Origin: Eledone cirrhosa
Taxonomy: Eukaryota
Length of the DNA: 64,000 nucleotides
NCBI GenBank assembly: GCA_964016885.1
Contig: OZ024748.1
Coordinates: forward strand, 21,576,001 to 21,640,000
Direction of reading: 5' to 3'
A program made the position numbers and the translations under genes. Below are positions 57,496-64,000 of this stretch, in pieces (position 1 is the first letter of the stretch; the number at the start of each line of letters is the position of its first letter). The notes beneath the pieces were generated by a model. The model searched no databases, had not been told where the DNA came from, and saw only the letters and a program-made list of their open reading frames with translations.

Positions 57496-57815
57496 CTTTT
57501 AAATGTACCATTGTCATCAGTATTGTGAGGGTAAAAACAACTTTCTGGGGTACATACATGGATTCTCTCACCTCCATCACTGGCTTTGATAAACATGTGA
57601 CTCTGTGTCAATATGTCACTCTGTCGCTGTGTCACTGTGTCACTCAGTCACTGTGTTGCTCAGCCACTTTGTCACTCAGTCACTGTGTCATTGGGTCACT
57701 ATGTCACACAGTCGCTGTGTCACAGTGGAGGTGGGCGTGATGTTTTGTTTCCTGGAGAATTGGAATCTATTCTGATTCAATATTTGAATCTAAAATTTGT
57801 GCCATCCTGGTTCTT

Positions 57816-57968
57816 TATTTTTATTTTTATTTTTATTTTTATTTTTATTTTTATTTTTATTTTTATTTTTATTTTTATTTTTATTTTTATTTTTATTTTT
57901 ATTTTTATTTTTATTTTTATTTTTATTTTTATTTTTATTTTTATTTTTATTTTTATTTTTATTTTTAT
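57816..57968. repeat. (TTTTTA)n hexanucleotide array downstream of the stop codon
   Basis: Direct inspection. Confidence 0.95.
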
Positions 57969-58467
57969 TCTGTCTGCCCCGCCACCCAAACGAATGAGAC
58001 AGTCACCTTTATTTTTGGTTTCTAAGCAACAACAAACAATACCAACAACAAAAGCAAACAACAAACGAATGCAAATACCCACTTCCCCAACCAATAATCA
58101 AGAACAAACAATTATGATAATGAATATGGTAATTAGATAATTATGAAATCATGTTTTGGGGGTTTGATGAGGGTGGGATTGCGGGTGTGGGTAGGGGGGA
58201 AGAGAAATATCCATTTTTTGATATCATTCATTTTGTGACCTTTTTATTTTTACTTCAGTCAACTAAAAAAATCAATGTCAAAATTACTTGAAGATACTCA
58301 AAGTATCTGCGTGTGTTATTGTGTGTGTGTGTGGTTGTGTGTGTGTGTGGTTATGTGCCTGTATAAGGTAAGTCAGTTGTAGGCTAGTTACATGGTGTTA
58401 TGAAAACCCTAGACTTAGCGTTGGATCCAAGTGTCTTGCCATACTCATTGTCTTGAGGTCAAACCAA

Positions 58468-58750
58468 ACAGCTGTTATTGCTCTTCCCCTGGGCAAGGCA
58501 GATTGTTATTGTTCTGCCCCTGGGCAAGGCAGGCTGTTATTGCTCTGCCCCTGGGCAAGGCAGGTTGTTATTGCTCTGCTCCTGGGCAAGGCAGGCTGTT
58601 ATTGCTATATCCCTGGGCAAGGCAGGCTGTTATTGCTATATCCCTGGGGAAGGCAGGATGTTATTGCTCTGCCACTGGGCAAGGCAGGATGCTATTGCTC
58701 TGCCCCTGGGCAAGGCAGGATGTTATTGCTCTGCCCCTGGGCAAGGCATG
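58468..58750. repeat. 31-bp minisatellite
   Basis: gctgttattgctctgcccctgggcaaggcag, about 9 copies. Confidence 0.9.
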
Positions 58751-58850
58751 GTATGTTCTCAGTTTGACTTGGTCTGTCTGACTGACATAGTGCCACTCTC
58801 TTATTTCACAGTTGAGAGGTTGACTATATATATTTGTGTATGTATGTATG

Positions 58851-58887
<37 letters not shown>

Positions 58888-59509
58888 ATGTTTGTATGTA
58901 TATATGATATATATATATATATAATATAATATATATTTCGTTTCTGCCAAAGTATAACAATATATAATATATATATATATATTTTAAACATACCTATCCT
59001 TGGAAAGTATTAAACTGTTATTTATGAACCGCCACCAATATATGATTTCAATCAATAATCAAAAACCAATAATCATGTTTATCTGTTCTATTAAACATTT
59101 ATCTCTCCTGGAACAGAAATGCTAAAGAAACCAAAGATGCCACTGTCTCAAACCCCCAAAACAACCCAAAAAAAATTTTAAAAACCTCAATTTCCTTTAA
59201 CGTTGCTATCCCCTCCCCCACCTCCACTTGTACTGAAGGGCAAGTGGTACTAAAAAAACATACTAAGTAATACTGACTTTTTCACTCAATCTCAGACATT
59301 TGAGGGAAAGAATTCACTGGAATTTTGTTATTTTTATACCAACTTGTATATGCTTTTATTGATTGTTTTTTTTTCACTGTTTGTGTGTATATGTGTGTTT
59401 GTGTATTGTTTGTGTGAGTTTTGTTGTATGTATGCATATATGTTTATGCATGTGTACATACATATTTCTGTGCATCTGCATGTGTATCTATATATAGATT
59501 TGTACATGT

Positions 59510-59543
<34 letters not shown>

Positions 59544-59734
59544 CTGATATATAAATACATGTGTGCAAATGTATGTGTGTGTGATACAATACATAAAAGA
59601 AAGAGTTTATATATAAATATATATATATATATATACAAGTATTTATATATATATATATGTATTTGTAATTAAGTGTCAGTGTGTGCATGTGCACATGCCC
59701 ATGTATGGGTGTAAGCATAATTGATTGAGTCTGC

Positions 59735-59766
<32 letters not shown>

Positions 59767-60105
59767 GAATGCATATGTATGTATATATGTATATGTATGT
59801 GTATGTCTGGTTAATCCAGACTCAGGTTGTGTTCTCCCCACACACACAATTAACCCTCTGCCTTCAATACCACCACCACCACCACCACCACCAACATTAC
59901 ACCCTCCACTCTTTTGATCTGCTGAACAATACTAACACCTCTCTAGCCGAGTATCACCCTTGCCTCCCTCCCTCCCTCCCTCCTACACCCATACACACCT
60001 CCACCACCCTATTATTTTTATTGTCTGTTGGTTTGTTTTTCATTTCTTACTGTTAACATTTTTATGTGTGAGTGAAAGAGGAATATATATATATGTACAT
60101 ATCCA

Positions 60106-60148
<43 letters not shown>

Positions 60149-60153
<5 letters not shown>

Positions 60154-60352
60154 AAAAGAGTCAGGACACCGACGGCTGAGCTCCAGCCATTTCGACAGCT
60201 AGATCCGAACATTTGGATCTAGCTGTCGAAACAGCTGGAGCTCAGCCGTCGGTGTCCTGACTCTTTTCCTATTACCCACTCTACTACCCTAAAGTATCGA
60301 GTACTCTGGTGCGTTATGGTCCACCTGGTATCTTACCACACCTTTTTTGTTA
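60149..60352 (+). mobile_element. Same palindromic family, copy in (TA)n
   Basis: Inverted repeat 60149-60272; ...ggatctagctgtc GAAA cagctggagctcagccg TC ggtgtcc, then the conserved tail to 60352. Confidence 0.78.
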
Positions 60353-61141
60353 TATATATGCATACATACATGTATATATATGTGCATACATATATGTATA
60401 TATATATATATATGTCTGTGTATGTGTGTAATTTGCTGATCAAGCTCGGATTGAAATAGGGATCCCTTGAATCACATTCAACCATCTTAAAAAGTGAGGG
60501 ACACATTTAAAAATGAAGACCCAGATACACTTCGTCTAATAGTAAGATGGGTAATTTATAACTAGAATGTCTTTGATCATAGGTTTAGTTGACCATGGCC
60601 AAACTGTGATTAAACAACATTACCAACGAGGAAGCCTCTATACATTCATTTTACCTGCTTAAAATAGCAGCCAAACCTCCTTCAAATCACATCCTCCTAT
60701 CTTTCAAAATGAAAGGACACATTAGATGATGTAATCTTATATAGACTATGTCTAAATAACAGATGAGATGATTATGATTGGAATACCTTTGGTCATAGGT
60801 CTGCTTGGTTATAGCTGGCCCATGTTTAAACAACAAGAAAAACAACAATGTATTAAAAACTATTTGTCTGTTTGTTAAATATGTTACATTTAAACCTTGG
60901 CACTACCACCACCACCACCTCTGCCAAATACCACCACCAACACCACCATCACCACCTCTGCCAAATACCACCAACACCACCACCACTCCTTTGACAAATA
61001 CCACCAACACCAACACTTTTGACAAATACCACCACATCAGACAAATACCACCACCATCATAACTATTGCTACCACCAAAGGTTCTGTTTTAGGAGCCTTT
61101 CTAGCCTGTCAACACCAGTTTATCACACACACACACATATA

Positions 61142-61187
<46 letters not shown>

Positions 61188-61188
<1 letters not shown>

Positions 61189-61587
61189 CATCATTATCAC
61201 CATTTTACGTCCATTTTTCCACACTGGCATGGGTTAGATGAGTTGTCTTGTTGTGGGCAATGCTAGGTCAGGTGGCCATGTCATACAGAACTGATTTTGA
61301 ACAGTTTCTACAGCTGGATGCCCTTCCTAACACCAACCTCATTTACAGTGAGTTCTGGGTGCTTTTTGTCATGACACCTATACGACCACTTTACAGTGTG
61401 GGTTGGGGGCTTCACTAGATTTATACTTCGGCCTGTCCTCATGGAAGGTTGGGTCTTCTGTATTACTGTGTTACACCAGAGATCTTGGTCTTGCGTCCTC
61501 GCCTTTGAGATGTGCAATTGGGTATGGTCAGCTTTTATCACCTCATCCCAAGTCTCTCTGGGTCTCCCCACTCCAAGGCTTCCATCG
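61188..61587 (-). mobile_element. RTE LINE extreme 3' end with tail
   Basis: IDGSLGVGRPRETWDEVIKAD, similar to 6100-6249, followed by the shared tail and (GAT)n. Confidence 0.8.
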
Positions 61588-61610
61588 ATATGTATATGTT
61601 TGTATGTATG

Positions 61611-61760
61611 TATGAAAAATTCGGGACCCCAGGGCCTGAGTTCCTGCCATTCCAACAGCTAGATCCAGCTGTTGAAACGGCAGGAGCTCAGCCTTCGGGG
61701 TCCTGAAATTTGCATATAACCCACTCTACTACCCCAAGTATCAAGTACTCTGGTTTTTAC
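61611..61760 (+). mobile_element. Same palindromic family, diverged copy
   Basis: gggacccc...caacagctagatccagctgttg aaacggcaggagctcagccttcggggtcc...aacccactctactacccc. Confidence 0.65.
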
Positions 61761-61769
61761 TGCATCCAT

Positions 61770-61951
<182 letters not shown>

Positions 61952-62188
61952 CATCTGCCTGTCAACACTCCTTGTGAATTGTCTCTGTTAACCGCTGGTC
62001 TCTGTCCTCTGGGGCATTTTTGCCCATCGCCATCTCTGACAGCATTTGGCTATTTTGCTAGCTTTTCTAGCGATGAGTTTTTCATTTTTGTATATATGTG
62101 TGTGTATATATATACATATATGTATATATATATACATATATGTATATATATATACCTATATATATATATACCTATATGTATATACATT

Positions 62189-62228
<40 letters not shown>

Positions 62229-64000
62229 ATGTATGTATTGTATGTAAGTTTAAAGATGACAACCCATTTTTTCCTGTATAGCTGTGATTGGTTGTTGTCG
62301 TTATTGTGTTGGTGGTGGAGGGAAGAAGAGGTGAGTCACTATTGGTTTGCATAGAGAGAGCAGAAGGACATGTGGGAGGGGTCCAGACTAATGAGGCGGC
62401 GTAGCTAAGATATTTTGATTACTGTTGGGGGGGGGGGGGGGACTTAAATAAAAAAAAATAATGTGAATAAGGTTTAGAAAGAAAAGGGGGTGTGATTAAT
62501 GTGTGTGGGTGGGATGAAGTGAGAGTGCAGGTGAAGACTTGTCAATAAATCTGTGAAGAAATATAATCATCATCATCACTATAATTGTCATTATCCTCAT
62601 CAGTATCATCATCATCATCATCATCATCACTATAACTCATCATCATCATTATCACCATAATTGTCATCGCCATCACCACCACCATTATTACTATTATCAT
62701 TGTTTCTATCACCATCAACATCATCGCCATCACCATCATCGCTATCATCATCATCATCATCGCTATCACCACCATCATCATCATCATCATCTCCATCACT
62801 ATCACCATCATCATAATCATCCATAGTAGCTGACCAAGTCAGAAGCTGAATTTCTTGACTGTCGAAGTCAAGTCTCTTATTAAAGCTTGTTTTATTATTT
62901 AATCATTTGAACGAGACGTGTGACGCCTCTCATTTGCATCGCAATATCATCTTTATATTCTGGCAGCTTTAAACTACAATTAAGAAAGCACCCGCACCTC
63001 CATACTCCACCACCTAATCTAAGACGATTAAAGACATTTATTTGACAAGTGTGACACAGGACAGGCCTATCCAAAGACTTGCTTTTTGGTAATTTAACAC
63101 AGTGAATAAGAAATAAAATGGTAATGGTTTTAATGATGAAGATGATGATGATGTTTTCTAATTTTGACAGCAGTTTTGAGGGGAGTGCAAAATCGATTAA
63201 ATTAATTTCTCAGTACTTGATTGGTATTTTATTTTATTGAACTTAGGAAAGATGACAATCAAACTTGGCCTCAGCAAGATTTGAACTCAGAACGTAAAAA
63301 GGCGTAACTTTATACTATATGGTGACATTGGAAAAAGTAATTACCTCGGCTGGAGATGGAACCTGACACTTACTGGTTTATAAGAACATGATACCATGTT
63401 ACATGGGATTCTTCTCTAGATCTATAGATTATACAGGACAAATCTTCGGTACCTGTTGTACTTATAGTGATGTTTATACCTCCAACTGCTACATGTTTCG
63501 TTGTTAGGCTTTCTAGATATGCTAAAAAATAGATGGAATGGTCACGGCTGAAACCTCTCTGATCATAGTTATGTTTAGTTAGATCTGACCTAGGGCTAAA
63601 TAACAGCTAGTAGATCACAAATCACGCCCCATCAAATTTTGAATAAATTAGACGTAGTGGGTAATGTAGTATTTTATATACAGCCTGAAGAAAAGACTGG
63701 ATGGTCATGGATGGAATGTGTTTGATGACGTATTTGTTTTATCTCGATTGATATAATGCTGAAAAAAAATTGATAGAATTGTGATCATTTTCGTAAGAAT
63801 GCCATGAGAGTTATGTCCCTTATCTGAAAATTAATGCTGGTTCAAGGGAAATAACTCTAAATTTAATTTTTTTAAATATCAAGGGGGGGTAATCAGCTTG
63901 GAATGTCTATATTTTATGTTCAGGATTTTTTACCTTTTTTTTTTTTTTTTGGTTAACGTAAACATCGATATTGTTGTTTGTTTAAAAAATGTTGAATTAA

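Noticed and set aside
57198-57635. 145-aa minus-strand ORF
   Set aside because: Antisense shadow of the last xylosyltransferase exon

Overview
Eukaryotic, AT-rich, repeat-saturated animal genomic DNA. The SINE/LINE complement (tRNA-head CORE-type and Nin/Deu-type SINEs, RTE LINEs with (GAT)n tails, very long (TA)n tracts) suggests a cephalopod such as Octopus; this is an inference. One protein-coding gene is visible: 10 plus-strand exons (26935-57495, about 750 aa) of an invertebrate-type protein O-xylosyltransferase (oxt/sqv-6/XYLT: WSC domain, GT14 branch domain, Xylo_C). I found no 5' exons in the window, so 1-26934 is probably a very large intron. Nearly all long ORFs in the supplied track are micro- or minisatellite artefacts. 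The most striking unexplained signal is a dense set of short non-coding elements inserted in (TA)n tracts. They belong to at least 5-6 unrelated sequence families, each carries a type I hammerhead ribozyme motif (CUGANGA / GAAA / NUH, often with a palindromic stem III and a U-U at the base of stem II), and they are usually folded into palindromes centred in or next to the ribozyme. They resemble Penelope-like pLTR or retrozyme elements. Also present: nested DNA-transposon MITEs and a different private minisatellite next to most 3' exons.
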